64,000 nt of DNA from Phycisphaerae bacterium (GTDB taxonomy: Bacteria; Planctomycetota; Phycisphaerae; UBA1845). The number at the start of each line of letters is the position of its first letter. Position 1 is the stretch's first letter. The notes under the pieces were generated by a model. The model saw nothing but the letters and a program-made list of their open reading frames with translations, was not told the origin of the DNA and searched no databases. Position numbers and translations under genes: made by a program. Below are positions 19,075-29,145 of this stretch, one piece after another. The stretch is taken from the NCBI GenBank assembly GCA_963666835.2, contig CAXXGO010000006.1, positions 64,001-128,000 of the forward strand. Reading direction: 5' to 3'.

Positions 19075-21798
19075 CTACTCGGTTAGGTCAGTTTCGAGCT
19101 GCGCTTCGGCCTCTCGCCATTGCTCTGCGGTGATGGCATCCAGCTCGCCTAATCTCTGCATGGAGACCCCCGTAAGCGACTTAGCCCATGCCTCTAGTTG
19201 TCCTGCCGTACCCTGCTTGGGCTGCGGGATTGGTTCCACCCAGGCCACCAAGTCGCTGGCTAGAAACATCCGGCGCCCGGCGACATCTGTGCTGACCGAC
19301 AGCAACCCCTGCGACGTTTTGAAGAGATCGCAGATGCGCTGGCTTGTGCCTAGGTCCCAGACGGTCACGGTACCCTCGGCAGAGCCGGCGATCAGAAAAC
19401 GTCCGTCATACAGAAACTCCAACCCAATGATGTTCTCGTTGTGCCGAAACTCAGCCCTCGAAATGTGCGGTTCCTCTGAGGCGGCATCAAACACCCGGAT
19501 ACACTCACCGTATGTAGCAACAAGCAGCTCACCGCTGGGATCGAGACGTATGCCCGCGAAATTCGATTCGATCCTCAGCGGCTCCCCCAACTGCGTCCCG
19601 TTAGCAACAGAATACCGAGTGATGGCCCCGTCGGCATTGCCGACAGCCAGAGTCGCCGCATCTTCGCTGAAGGCGAGCTTCGGCTCACTATCCGGCGGGA
19701 TCCGGTGCAGGGCAACCCGCCTCATAGTCCGCACTTCCCAGATCTCCACGGTACGATCCGTAGCAGTTGCAAGGTACGCACCGTTCCTGGAAACCTCTAT
19801 CGCCCTGACAGGACCGCTATGTGCCAGCGCGCTGTTTTGTCGCTGGACACCATCGGAAGCATTCCAGGACTTGACGGTGCCATCTTCGCTCACACCAAAC
19901 ACGTACTCGCTGTCGGAACCTGCGAATTCAACCATAGTCAAGTGTGGTGCGTCGCACAGTGCGGTGTCCTCTTTCCGCCAAGATCCTGCCCCTGGAGCCG
20001 CCATCCAGAAGTGAACTGTTCCGCTTCGGTCCACAGTCGCCAAGCGCGTGCCGCTCAAATCGAACGTGCCCGACGATACAATACCGCTCGCACCAGAGCC
20101 GCGGAGGACCTGCCGCTGCGCCGACGGCAACTCCCAGAACCGAGCCGTTCCGTCGTTGCAGCTTGTGAGCACGCCTTGCCCGTTCGCGCTGAACCGGGCG
20201 TCCCATACAGAGGACGGATGCCGGAGGAGTCTCACCTCCCTCGCTCCATCAAGATACTGGACACGTACGACACCGTCAGGCGCAGCAATAACCACGCAGC
20301 GCCCGTCAGACGAGAACCGCGCGCGGCGCACTTTAGCTCCCACTGTCAGCGGAATGCCAACCCGGCCACCCGTATCCGCGTTCCAGATGCTGATAACATC
20401 GTCTTCGTTGACGGTTAGAATCCTCTTACCCACGGGGTCGAAGACCGCAGACTGGACGGGTAGACCGTGGTCCAGTACGAAAGCTTCCTCTGCCTCGCCG
20501 GTTTCGGAGATGCTCCAGATTCTCGCCGTGCCGTCCGCGCTGGTGGTGACGATCCGTCCACCGTCGGGTGCGAACTGCACGGAAGTAAGTCGACCGTCGT
20601 GCCGAAGACGCTGCGGTTTGTGGTTCGGATCGGGCGACACCTCCCACACGCGCGCGTAGTGCGCGGCGTCCGGACCGACCGCGGGAGCGCACGTTACAAC
20701 CCGCGTACCGTCCGGACTTATGTTGGCGCTGAGCGTCCTCTTGTCGCATTCGAAATACCTGATCAGTTGAAACTCCCCGGCAGGGTCCTCGTCCCACACC
20801 TTCGCAATCCCGTCGAGTCCGGCCGTTAGCACCCGAGTACCGTCGGCCGATAACGCCGCTTGGATGATCACCGCGTCGTGCTGAAGCCGTTTCCCGATCG
20901 CCTTACATTCGACGGCATCCCACACCTGTCCAGTCTTGTCACGGCTTACGGTAATCGCTCGGCGGCCATCCGAAGACAGGACGATCTCGGTCACCGCATC
21001 GTTGTGGGTGGCCACGTGCAGCGGCCTGCTGTCCCCAGTCGTCCTCCAAAACGAAACGCGTCCGCTCAGATCGGCTGTCAGAACATTGGCATCCGGGGAC
21101 TTCGGCAACAGGGCCGCTGCTCGAACTGGTGCTTCATGGGCAATCATGCCCACAAGCCGTGGCACTCGGCGGGCGTAATCGGCCAAGCGCATGCGCTCCG
21201 CCGTCGATAGCACAATCCCCTCTTGCCCACCAAGCACAACCAGCGACCAGAGAGCTTCAACCGGCGGGCTGTCATCCGCATACGACAGGTACAAACTGCG
21301 CACTAGGGCTCGCGCCGAGGTAACCTGATCCTGGACCGTAGACAAGGTTCGTTCTGCAGCCTCCGTTGCCCTCGTGGCGATCTCTGTCTGCTCGAGAGCC
21401 CAATCTCTTGCCGTCGTTGCTTCATGTTCTTTCAGCTTGGCGAGGTTTGCGTCCGTTGTGAGTTTCACCTTCTCTGCAGTAAGAAGGTTCTGCTGCTCAA
21501 TGAACTTCGCTTCCTTTCCCTTGTATACAGAATGCTGCACGTACATTCCGTAGATAGCTGTTCCCGCCGTCACTAGTGCCAGAAGGACGCCCGAACGAAG
21601 ATGCACCGGTCGCGCCAACTCCACGCACTCAAACCAAGCTTTGAGCTTCTCGGCGTCCTCCCCGTTCGGCCGGTACTTCTGAAGATCGTCCTTGCGCATT
21701 CCGGTTCGAAACCACCTGGCCATACGTGCGGAACATGCGCGGAGTACCCGTGAGAAGTTCTTTCTTGTTTTCCGTGGCACGTTCTGCTTGTCGGCCAT
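19075..21798 (-). CDS. Membrane-anchored WD40-repeat protein
   Basis: One TM segment, coiled coil, then many H...TxSxDGTARxW WD40 repeats. Confidence 0.85.
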   Translation of the reverse strand: MADKQNVPRKTRKNFSRVLRACSARMARWFRTGMRKDDLQKYRPNGEDAEKLKAWFECVELARPVHLRSGVLLALVTAGTAIYGMYVQHSVYKGKEAKFIEQQNLLTAEKVKLTTDANLAKLKEHEATTARDWALEQTEIATRATEAAERTLSTVQDQVTSARALVRSLYLSYADDSPPVEALWSLVVLGGQEGIVLSTAERMRLADYARRVPRLVGMIAHEAPVRAAALLPKSPDANVLTADLSGRVSFWRTTGDSRPLHVATHNDAVTEIVLSSDGRRAITVSRDKTGQVWDAVECKAIGKRLQHDAVIIQAALSADGTRVLTAGLDGIAKVWDEDPAGEFQLIRYFECDKRTLSANISPDGTRVVTCAPAVGPDAAHYARVWEVSPDPNHKPQRLRHDGRLTSVQFAPDGGRIVTTSADGTARIWSISETGEAEEAFVLDHGLPVQSAVFDPVGKRILTVNEDDVISIWNADTGGRVGIPLTVGAKVRRARFSSDGRCVVIAAPDGVVRVQYLDGAREVRLLRHPSSVWDARFSANGQGVLTSCNDGTARFWELPSAQRQVLRGSGASGIVSSGTFDLSGTRLATVDRSGTVHFWMAAPGAGSWRKEDTALCDAPHLTMVEFAGSDSEYVFGVSEDGTVKSWNASDGVQRQNSALAHSGPVRAIEVSRNGAYLATATDRTVEIWEVRTMRRVALHRIPPDSEPKLAFSEDAATLAVGNADGAITRYSVANGTQLGEPLRIESNFAGIRLDPSGELLVATYGECIRVFDAASEEPHISRAEFRHNENIIGLEFLYDGRFLIAGSAEGTVTVWDLGTSQRICDLFKTSQGLLSVSTDVAGRRMFLASDLVAWVEPIPQPKQGTAGQLEAWAKSLTGVSMQRLGELDAITAEQWREAEAQLETDLTE

Positions 21799-22189
21799 CG
21801 TGTGGACCTTCGCTACGCTCGTGTCCTCGACACTACGGCGTCGTGGCGTTGGGTCTGCGCGTAGCTCACCGACCGGATAGATGAATCAGGCTTTGCATGC
21901 TCGCGACAAGTAATATTGTACACAGAGGCAAAAGCGTTGAAAACGCGTATTCTGCGCGTAGTGGCTTCCAGGTCATTGCCACTCCTCCGTAATTGTCCGA
22001 TTCTGGTGCAGGTTGAGGGGGACTTCGGGATGGACTGATGGGTGTATGAACTAGCCGGGCTGGTACGCGCGTTCAGGTTCACGTTGGCCACCATACGCGA
22101 CCGCTCCCGATGTCGCGGGCGTCCTCGGTCTGAGGTCGTTCGTCCCGGTTGTCCGGTCTGCCGCTCTCTGCTGAGCGAATGGGCCGCTA

Positions 22190-23236
22190 TCAGAAACGTC
22201 GGCCACGGAGTTTGTTTTGGAATAACCGCCCGGCCAGCTTGCGCATGTCGACCACCTCGTCCGTTTCGTCCACGATCTCCGTGCCCAGAAGCGTTTCGAT
22301 GACATCCTCGAGCGTGATGATGCCGGCCATGCCGCCGTGTTCGTCCACTGCCAGAAAGAGCTGGCCCCGGCGGTGGATGAACTCGTCGAGTACGTCATCG
22401 AGAGCGGCATGTTCGGGCACGGCATGGATGGGCCCGGCAAGTTGCTCCATCGTGCTGTTATCCCGCCCCTCGCGAACCGCCACGCCGATCTCGAACCGCA
22501 GTACGATCCCGATGACGTCATCGGGACCATCATCATACACGGGAATGCGCGCGAACTGCAACGGGGCGTGCTGGTCGAGGGCCTGCTGCGCCGTCATATC
22601 CTTGTGGAGCATGAGCACGACGGTCCGAGGGGTCATCACATCGCGCACTCGGGTCTTTCTCAACCTCAACAGGTTCTGAATGATGTGGTGTTCTTTCTTG
22701 TGCAGAGCGCCTTCGGTCTGCCCCAGTTCGGCCAGCAGGGCAAACTCCTCCCGCGTGATCTTCTGTTCATGTTTGCGGCCCAGGAGGTTCGAGAGAGCCT
22801 GAAACGCAACAACAAGCGGGTAGCTCAGATAGATCATGACCGTGATCGTGTACGCAGTGAATGAAGCCAGCTTACCTGCGTAGACCACGCCGAGCGTCTT
22901 GGGAATGATCTCGGAGAAGATCAGGATGAGCACGGTGAGGACGGCGCTTGTAACGGCGACCCACTCGTTGCCGAAGACGAGGTAGGACTGCGCCCCGACC
23001 CCGGCCGCACCGACTGTGTGAGCGATAGTGTTGAGCGTGAGAATGGCGGAGAGCGGGCGTTCGATGTTGTCCTTCATCCGCTCGAGCATCCGCCCGCTGG
23101 GCCGCCCGGCCTTGACGAGCGTGACCACGTGCGAGTGCGAAAGCGACAGCAACCCCGATTCCGTCAGCGAACACACGAACGACACGCCTATGGCAAGCAG
23201 CAGATACAGAACCAGAAGCATCTCCGGCGTGAACAT
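22190..23236 (-). CDS. CNNM (DUF21)-CBS domain protein, TlyC/CorC-like
   Basis: SFVCSLTES, ILTLNTIAHTVGA, FSEIIPKT, VMTPR, VDEHGG...TLEDVIE. Confidence 0.9.
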   Translation of the reverse strand: MFTPEMLLVLYLLLAIGVSFVCSLTESGLLSLSHSHVVTLVKAGRPSGRMLERMKDNIERPLSAILTLNTIAHTVGAAGVGAQSYLVFGNEWVAVTSAVLTVLILIFSEIIPKTLGVVYAGKLASFTAYTITVMIYLSYPLVVAFQALSNLLGRKHEQKITREEFALLAELGQTEGALHKKEHHIIQNLLRLRKTRVRDVMTPRTVVLMLHKDMTAQQALDQHAPLQFARIPVYDDGPDDVIGIVLRFEIGVAVREGRDNSTMEQLAGPIHAVPEHAALDDVLDEFIHRRGQLFLAVDEHGGMAGIITLEDVIETLLGTEIVDETDEVVDMRKLAGRLFQNKLRGRRF

Positions 23237-23546
23237 GCCCTGATTATTACGCGGCCTTCGGGCACAAGGCAACCACGGTCAGCACCTATCCTTATTCGGC
23301 TTGCTCGACGGCGAACTCTGAATCGCGCGGTCCACCTGGTACACCCCCTGCACACTTGGTAGCATGAATGCCGGTAGAAGGCGTGTGCAACACGTTCGGT
23401 CAAAAGCCCCTCTCGAGCAGTAGCCGTGAGCGGCGAAGGCCGCAGAAACGCCTATTGTAGTGGTCGCAACGCCTCTCAGTGGATTCTCGATCCCGACGTC
23501 GTGAAGGACTCAGACCGCTGCAAAGGGGTGCATCGCGCGCCGTTGC

Positions 23547-23640
23547 GGCAGGTCTCGTGCCTCGACCTGCCCTACGGGGTGACGACCAAGTGTCACGCAC
23601 TCTACCACGAATTCGCGCTGCTCAAAAGCAGCGGTACACC
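23547..23640. repeat. REP-like hairpins
   Basis: Inverted GTAG-family copy from 23547 and a GCTGCTCAAAAGCAGC hairpin near 23617. Confidence 0.65.
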
Positions 23641-23680
23641 GGCCGGCGTCAAGGGTCTCGCGGCGACGGATCCTGCCGGG

Positions 23681-24331
23681 TTACGAAGCCGTCAAGGCCA
23701 GGCGGATAGCGGTATCGGAAGAGTCGCTCGATTCCTTCGGCGCTTTTTCCTGGCGTTTCTGGATCGCCCGATTACGAATGAAATCTTCCGGAGCGCTGGC
23801 GACCGCTTTGCGCCACGCCCGCCGCTCGGCCCGAGTGAGCAAGTCGGCCAGTTGGGGGCGAATGCGGTCGGCTTTGGACCGGGTTGACGGTTTGGTTCGC
23901 GGCACGCCGCCGTCACAGAGCCCGGAGTCCATAATCCTGGTCAGGATTCCGAACAGAACGCTTCCCATTTCGGGGGTGATGACCCCGAGGCGCACTTCGC
24001 GATAGAGGCGATCCATGGCGTCGCCCACCGCGCGCCGACTGGTAAGCTTGCGCAGATAACCGTCCGGCAGATTGGAAAGACGATGATGGCTGCGGCCGCC
24101 CTTGGCGGCGTTACTCTTGCGGCGTTCCGAGGTCATCGCCGGATCGTGGAAAGAGCAGTACTCCGACCCTTGCCGAATCCGCGCCCGACAGCGCCGCCCC
24201 GCCCGGGTGACCCCCGCACACCGCTTGTCAAACGGAAGCCGCTTCGTTCCCCCAGCGCGCCGACTCTCGGGTGTCGCGGCGGAGTCCCCATTGTCTGCCG
24301 ACTTGCCCGATAGCGTTTCCCAAAGCAGCAT
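23681..24331 (-). CDS. Basic hypothetical protein with CCCH zinc-finger-like motif
   Basis: C-x9-C-x9-C-x2-H (CAGVTRAGRRCRARIRQGSEYCSFH) followed by AAKGGR; GGAG RBS upstream. Confidence 0.65.
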   Translation of the reverse strand: MLLWETLSGKSADNGDSAATPESRRAGGTKRLPFDKRCAGVTRAGRRCRARIRQGSEYCSFHDPAMTSERRKSNAAKGGRSHHRLSNLPDGYLRKLTSRRAVGDAMDRLYREVRLGVITPEMGSVLFGILTRIMDSGLCDGGVPRTKPSTRSKADRIRPQLADLLTRAERRAWRKAVASAPEDFIRNRAIQKRQEKAPKESSDSSDTAIRLALTAS

Positions 24332-24868
24332 GATCGTTCTCCCTTATTGGAGGGGGGCAAACCCCCGGCCACACGTACATACCGACGGGGCCTCCGTGCT
24401 GCGTCGGATTCTCTCCAGCCAAACCCGGCCGAGGGCACAAAACCAACACCGCCCTCACGTCACTTCGCCCCGGACTGCTCCATCCGGTCGGAAAGCTGAC
24501 ACGCCACTGACAGCAACTCCGAACGACAACGTGGCATCGACCTATCAGTGATTCTACGACCCCATCAACCCGCGGCAAGCCGTTATCAACCCGGCAAACC
24601 CGTCGGCGCCTGTGCGTAAACCACCAGATCGCTCACAACAACTTGACAGAACGTAACCTACGCAGCTTCTGTCAAACAACTGACAGATGCAACGACCGGC
24701 GGCCTCAACCGCCGGCATAGCTGCACGTGCGAGGGAGGAATCGCCTGATGGTCCCGCATCGATTATGCCGGACCTGACAAGCTCGGCGAACCGACCCCCG
24801 CGCGGAGCCGTGTTCCCATCATTAAATCGCTCTATCCGAGCCCGCGCCGGGCTCGGGCCGATCATCCG

Positions 24869-25705
24869 TCAACCGCCGTTCGCCTCGGCGGTTCGCGTAT
24901 CGGTAGTCAGTTCGTGGATTCGACGAGTGGCGAATCGAACATTGCTCTTGATGTCGGTTTCTTCCCGGACGACCGCCTGGTACAGCTCCAAAGCTCGATC
25001 CCGGTCGTGCAAGCGGTAATCATGTACGATCGCCGCCTGGAACCTGGCCGGATGCGGCGTGTTGGGATCCCACGTCCATGCCCGCTCGTACCACTTCACG
25101 GCCAGCAGCTCTTGCCCCCGCAGATACTCCTTGTGGATCTCCCCGCACATAAAGGCCGCGTCATCGATCTTGTCACTGTTGGGATACTGCTCGATCAACG
25201 CGCGAAAGACCTGGGCTGCTTCCACCATTTTCCTCTGCCGGTACAGCGCCGGGACGGAATGCCCCCCCTCGCGCATCAGCTTCAGCCCATCTTCGTAAAG
25301 GGCGTCGGCCTCCGCCAGGGACAGCTCGGGACGCAACGACTCACATGGTATTTCCGCATCGAGAACATACCGGAACGTCTTGACCGACTTGAGCCCCTTC
25401 AGCTCGAAAGCCGCCCAATTCTCTTTGTGGGCATAGCCGCGCCGCTTGTAGAACTCCCGAAGCTGTTCGAGCTTTTGATGGTATGCCACCCGATGCTCGA
25501 CGAGCGACTCGACCAAGTCAACCTCCTGCTGGTCCGTGAAGGCCATGTCCACCGCTTCCCTCGGGTGCGAAACGCGAGTTCTCGATGTTTCGGAGGGAGG
25601 CCGTTCGCTTATCCACATTCCGTCGACATTGCAGCCGGCGAGAACACAGCCCAGAAACACCACCAATACGGCGAGGTTCACCCGATTCAGAATGGCAGAG
25701 TACAT
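24869..25705 (-). CDS. TPR-like lipoprotein
   Basis: Lipobox LAGC; TPR-type helices (LIEQYPNSDKIDDAAF, AVKWYERA, ALELYQAV). Confidence 0.75.
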   Translation of the reverse strand: MYSAILNRVNLAVLVVFLGCVLAGCNVDGMWISERPPSETSRTRVSHPREAVDMAFTDQQEVDLVESLVEHRVAYHQKLEQLREFYKRRGYAHKENWAAFELKGLKSVKTFRYVLDAEIPCESLRPELSLAEADALYEDGLKLMREGGHSVPALYRQRKMVEAAQVFRALIEQYPNSDKIDDAAFMCGEIHKEYLRGQELLAVKWYERAWTWDPNTPHPARFQAAIVHDYRLHDRDRALELYQAVVREETDIKSNVRFATRRIHELTTDTRTAEANGG

Positions 25706-25846
25706 GGCCTCTCCTTGGCTCCAGGGCGTGCGAATCCATTCCAGACTACTAAGGTGTATTATGCCGCGCGCAGCGCCGATGTCAAGGTAGGTTAACCGGG
25801 CGGTAGTGGTTCGCTTTGCAGCACAAGACGATCCTCGCCTGGCTGG

Positions 25847-26416
25847 CTAACCGACACAGGTGCTAAGTGGAGGGGGCTTGTTGCCGTCCCGATGAACAGC
25901 GCTGGACGCCGTGAGCCGCTCGGTCAACTGGGATTTAATCCGCTCGTTGAGCGCGAAAGAATACTTGGCCGTTACGAATACGACGGAAAAGAGCCATCCC
26001 AGCGGCGACCCAATCAGCAGGCGCATTGCTACCGCACGCGCCACCGATTGACGAAAATACGAGACCCTTTCTTGCTCTTCACGCGTCATCGCGGAAAACG
26101 CCGCCTCAACTCCCTTGTGATATTCGCTAGCGACTTGCATGGATTTCCGGGGCAGCAATAGCCATCGTCCCAGCGTGACGTTCTTACTGTCGCGAATAAG
26201 GGCCTCCATTGTCGATAGCACATCACGTACCGCATCGGTAAGCGGGATCCTCTTCGCAATGACATCATCAACCAATTCATCTCGCAGTACCCAGAGACGA
26301 TAGCGAAACAGGCTTCGCAAGCTGCGGGGAAGAATGAGAACCAGACAAGCCCACAACCCTGTAGATACCACCAGGAAAGTTATCAAAAGTAGTTGTGCTT
26401 GAGTATCCGCCATCAC
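25847..26416 (-). CDS. Hypothetical membrane protein
   Basis: N-terminal and C-terminal hydrophobic segments; start abuts the stop of the upstream ORF. Confidence 0.6.
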   Translation of the reverse strand: MMADTQAQLLLITFLVVSTGLWACLVLILPRSLRSLFRYRLWVLRDELVDDVIAKRIPLTDAVRDVLSTMEALIRDSKNVTLGRWLLLPRKSMQVASEYHKGVEAAFSAMTREEQERVSYFRQSVARAVAMRLLIGSPLGWLFSVVFVTAKYSFALNERIKSQLTERLTASSAVHRDGNKPPPLSTCVG

Positions 26417-26766
26417 TACTTTGCCCCCAGCATGCTTGACTCAAGGAATGACCTCTCCAGTTCATCACAACGGCAACGAAGCCGCTGTAGTTCGCTCTTT
26501 TGCCTTTGATTCTTCAAAAGTAGTGCAACGATAACGCACAGGGCAGAGCCGCCACCCACCATTTGCCCGACAAGCTGACTTGCTTCGCTTGACACCAATG
26601 TTGTCTTGCCAGCCAGCAATCCGACACCCTCCTTCACGAAGTAAAGCGGGAGGCCAAATGACAACACGGTGAACACGCACGTAAGACCGTTAACGATGGA
26701 CTGTCGAAACTCGTATGCTCTCCGAATCTTCTCAAGCTCAACCTCATGTTTCGTGATCTTAGCCAT
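26416..26766 (-). CDS. Hypothetical 2-TM protein with C-terminal coiled coil
   Basis: Two hydrophobic segments, then KNQRQKSELQRLR. Confidence 0.6.
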   Translation of the reverse strand: MAKITKHEVELEKIRRAYEFRQSIVNGLTCVFTVLSFGLPLYFVKEGVGLLAGKTTLVSSEASQLVGQMVGGGSALCVIVALLLKNQRQKSELQRLRCRCDELERSFLESSMLGAK

Positions 26767-27108
26767 GGGTCACTTATATGTACCACCGCGTGTTCATTAT
26801 CGCAATGTACTCGCCTACAGACTGCCGCCCAACGAAAAGCCATGCGCCGGGCGTCGAGAAGCGTCGTCGATGGCGTTAAGGTGCCGCGACGATATATAGG
26901 CACTCCCATGCATGGCAGCACTGCATGCAGTATATACGACCTTCTGGCAAATTCAAGCTGGATTTCTCGAATTCTTCACCCGGTGGATGTGGAATCCGCT
27001 CGACCATGCACGATATGCTGAACAGCCCGAGCCTGACGTTCTATCGCCCGAGGTAGCAGACAATCCCTGCTGGCTGAGGAGAACTCCATTCCCCCGGACC
27101 AGGGCCCG

Positions 27109-27849
27109 CTACCACTGAGCTTCCTCAAACAAGCCCAGGCGCGGCAACGCCTTGGCCGGGCGAGCCTTGATGATCGCCTTTGCCAGGCCTAGATCGGCCT
27201 TTCTGGTGATCTTCAGGTTGCTGGCGTCGGACAGGACCACCGAAACCGGGTTCCCGGCCAACTCGACCAGTTGAGCATCGTCGGTAACGTCGTCGTCCGT
27301 CTCGCCGAGCCGCTCATAAGCCGCGACGAGCAGCTCCTTGCGGAAAACCTGGGGAGTCTGAGCTTCGAAGAAGCCCGCGCGCGACACGGTTTCCTCGATC
27401 AGATTCGCTTTACTCACGCGCTTAACCGTTCCGGTGATCGGAGAGGCCAGGATCGCCGCACCACTCTTGACGGCCTCGGCGAAGACGCGATTGATCATGT
27501 CTTCGGTCACGCATGGTCGAGCGGCGTCATGCACGGCCACAAACTCGGCCTCTTCTCCCACCTCAGACAAGGCCCGCGCCACGGTTTCGCAGCGCCGGTC
27601 ACCGCCTTCGACGAGCTTGACCCCCATGAAACCGAGGTTGGGCCCGAAGGAGGTCTTCATCTTGTCGATGTCCTCCGGCGCTACGGCCAGGATCGTCTGG
27701 CAGACGTCTTCGCGGTTCACGAAATGCTGCAAGGTCTGGATGAACAGGGGTTTCCCGTCCAGCTTGGCAAAGGTCTTCCGCTCTCCCTTGCCCCCCCCGA
27801 ACCGCTCGCCTTTCCCGGCCGCCGGGACAATCACTGCATACTTCGCCAT
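27109..27849 (-). CDS. ispD: 2-C-methyl-D-erythritol 4-phosphate cytidylyltransferase
   Basis: PAAGKGERFG, VHDAARP, AQTPQVF, TDDAQLVE, NLKIT. Confidence 0.93.
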   Translation of the reverse strand: MAKYAVIVPAAGKGERFGGGKGERKTFAKLDGKPLFIQTLQHFVNREDVCQTILAVAPEDIDKMKTSFGPNLGFMGVKLVEGGDRRCETVARALSEVGEEAEFVAVHDAARPCVTEDMINRVFAEAVKSGAAILASPITGTVKRVSKANLIEETVSRAGFFEAQTPQVFRKELLVAAYERLGETDDDVTDDAQLVELAGNPVSVVLSDASNLKITRKADLGLAKAIIKARPAKALPRLGLFEEAQW

Positions 27850-27876
27850 AGCTGTTTTTATACCTCCCGGTGGTCT

Positions 27877-29037
27877 TTAGACCGTCGGCTTGTGGTGTGG
27901 CCGCGGGCGACGCCGTTCCGGGACGTCCGCCCCTACCAATCGCCCGAAGATCATCCGCCCGGCCGAGGTCTGCAGCACGCTCGTAACCGTCAAAGAGACC
28001 GTCTCGCCGAGCCGTTCTCGCGCCCCTTCGGCCACGACCATGGTACCGTCCTCCAGGTACCCGATTCCCTGCCCCGCTTCTTCGCCCGGCTTGACCACCT
28101 TTACGGACATTGCCTCACCGGGCAGTACGACCGGCTTGAGCGCGTTGGCCAGGTCGTTGATGTTGATAACCGTCACGCCGCGAACCTGAGCCACCTTGTT
28201 CAGGTTGTAATCATTGGTAACGACCTTGCCGCACAACTGCTTAGTCAGGTCCAGCAACATCTCGTCAACGGGGGTGTCCATGCCGCTGCGTTCCGGCCGG
28301 ACCTCCAGAACCTTGATGTCAACCTTCTCGTTAGTCTGGAGCTTGTTCAGCATATCCAGCCCGCGACGGCCCCGCGTGCGTTTCAGCTTGTCATTGCTGT
28401 CCGCAATGGTCTGCAGCTCTTGCAGGATGAACCGCGGAACGACCAGTTCCGAGTCGAGGACCCCCGTATTCGCGATGTCCGCGATACGTCCGTCCACGAT
28501 TACCGACGTGTCCAGGACCAGCGGCCTGGCACCCTTTGTTTCTTTGGCGAACTCCACGTAGGGGATAACAAAGCGTACGTCGTCCTTGGTTTGGAGAACG
28601 AAGCTAACGGCGAAGTAGCAGCAGACCACCCCTAAAGCCAACTTCAAGGCGCTGACCAATGAGGCCGTGCCGGGGTCGGTCAAGTCTCCCCCGGTAACGT
28701 TGGCCGCCACAAGCAGATCGACCACCAGGGACAACCCATACGAGATGACCATTCCCACCACGAGCCCGAAGAAGACTCCGGAAATCGCCGCCAGCGACTT
28801 ACGCGGAATGAAAATGTCCAGCGCTATCACGATCAGCCCGACGGCGGTGAACATAATCACGATCAGGTCGCGGTGCCCGGCCAGCACTTCCGTTGCGAAG
28901 CGCTCTTCAGAAGCCAGGCTGAACCCCACGGCCATCAGGATCAGCAGGAAGACCAACCGCAAGCCGATCATGAACAGCAGGCTCGTTCGCGTAGTCGCCG
29001 GAGCGTTCCCCGGCGGCATCATTGCATCAACACGCAT
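27877..29037 (-). CDS. PIN/TRAM domain membrane protein (YacL-like)
   Basis: N-terminal TM segments, LDTSVIVDGRI, RGRRGLD, TNDYNLNKVA, GYLEDGTMVV, VLQTSAGRMIF; adjacent to ispD as is typical. Confidence 0.9.
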   Translation of the reverse strand: MRVDAMMPPGNAPATTRTSLLFMIGLRLVFLLILMAVGFSLASEERFATEVLAGHRDLIVIMFTAVGLIVIALDIFIPRKSLAAISGVFFGLVVGMVISYGLSLVVDLLVAANVTGGDLTDPGTASLVSALKLALGVVCCYFAVSFVLQTKDDVRFVIPYVEFAKETKGARPLVLDTSVIVDGRIADIANTGVLDSELVVPRFILQELQTIADSNDKLKRTRGRRGLDMLNKLQTNEKVDIKVLEVRPERSGMDTPVDEMLLDLTKQLCGKVVTNDYNLNKVAQVRGVTVININDLANALKPVVLPGEAMSVKVVKPGEEAGQGIGYLEDGTMVVAEGARERLGETVSLTVTSVLQTSAGRMIFGRLVGADVPERRRPRPHHKPTV

Positions 29038-29145
29038 TAGATCTGCATTCCGAATACTGAGAAGGCGATCTCACAACCCATGCCCAACAAGCTATGAGTA
29101 TATCCGTGCTTGCAGCGTATTCCAACCGCCCGGCAAGCGTCGGTG

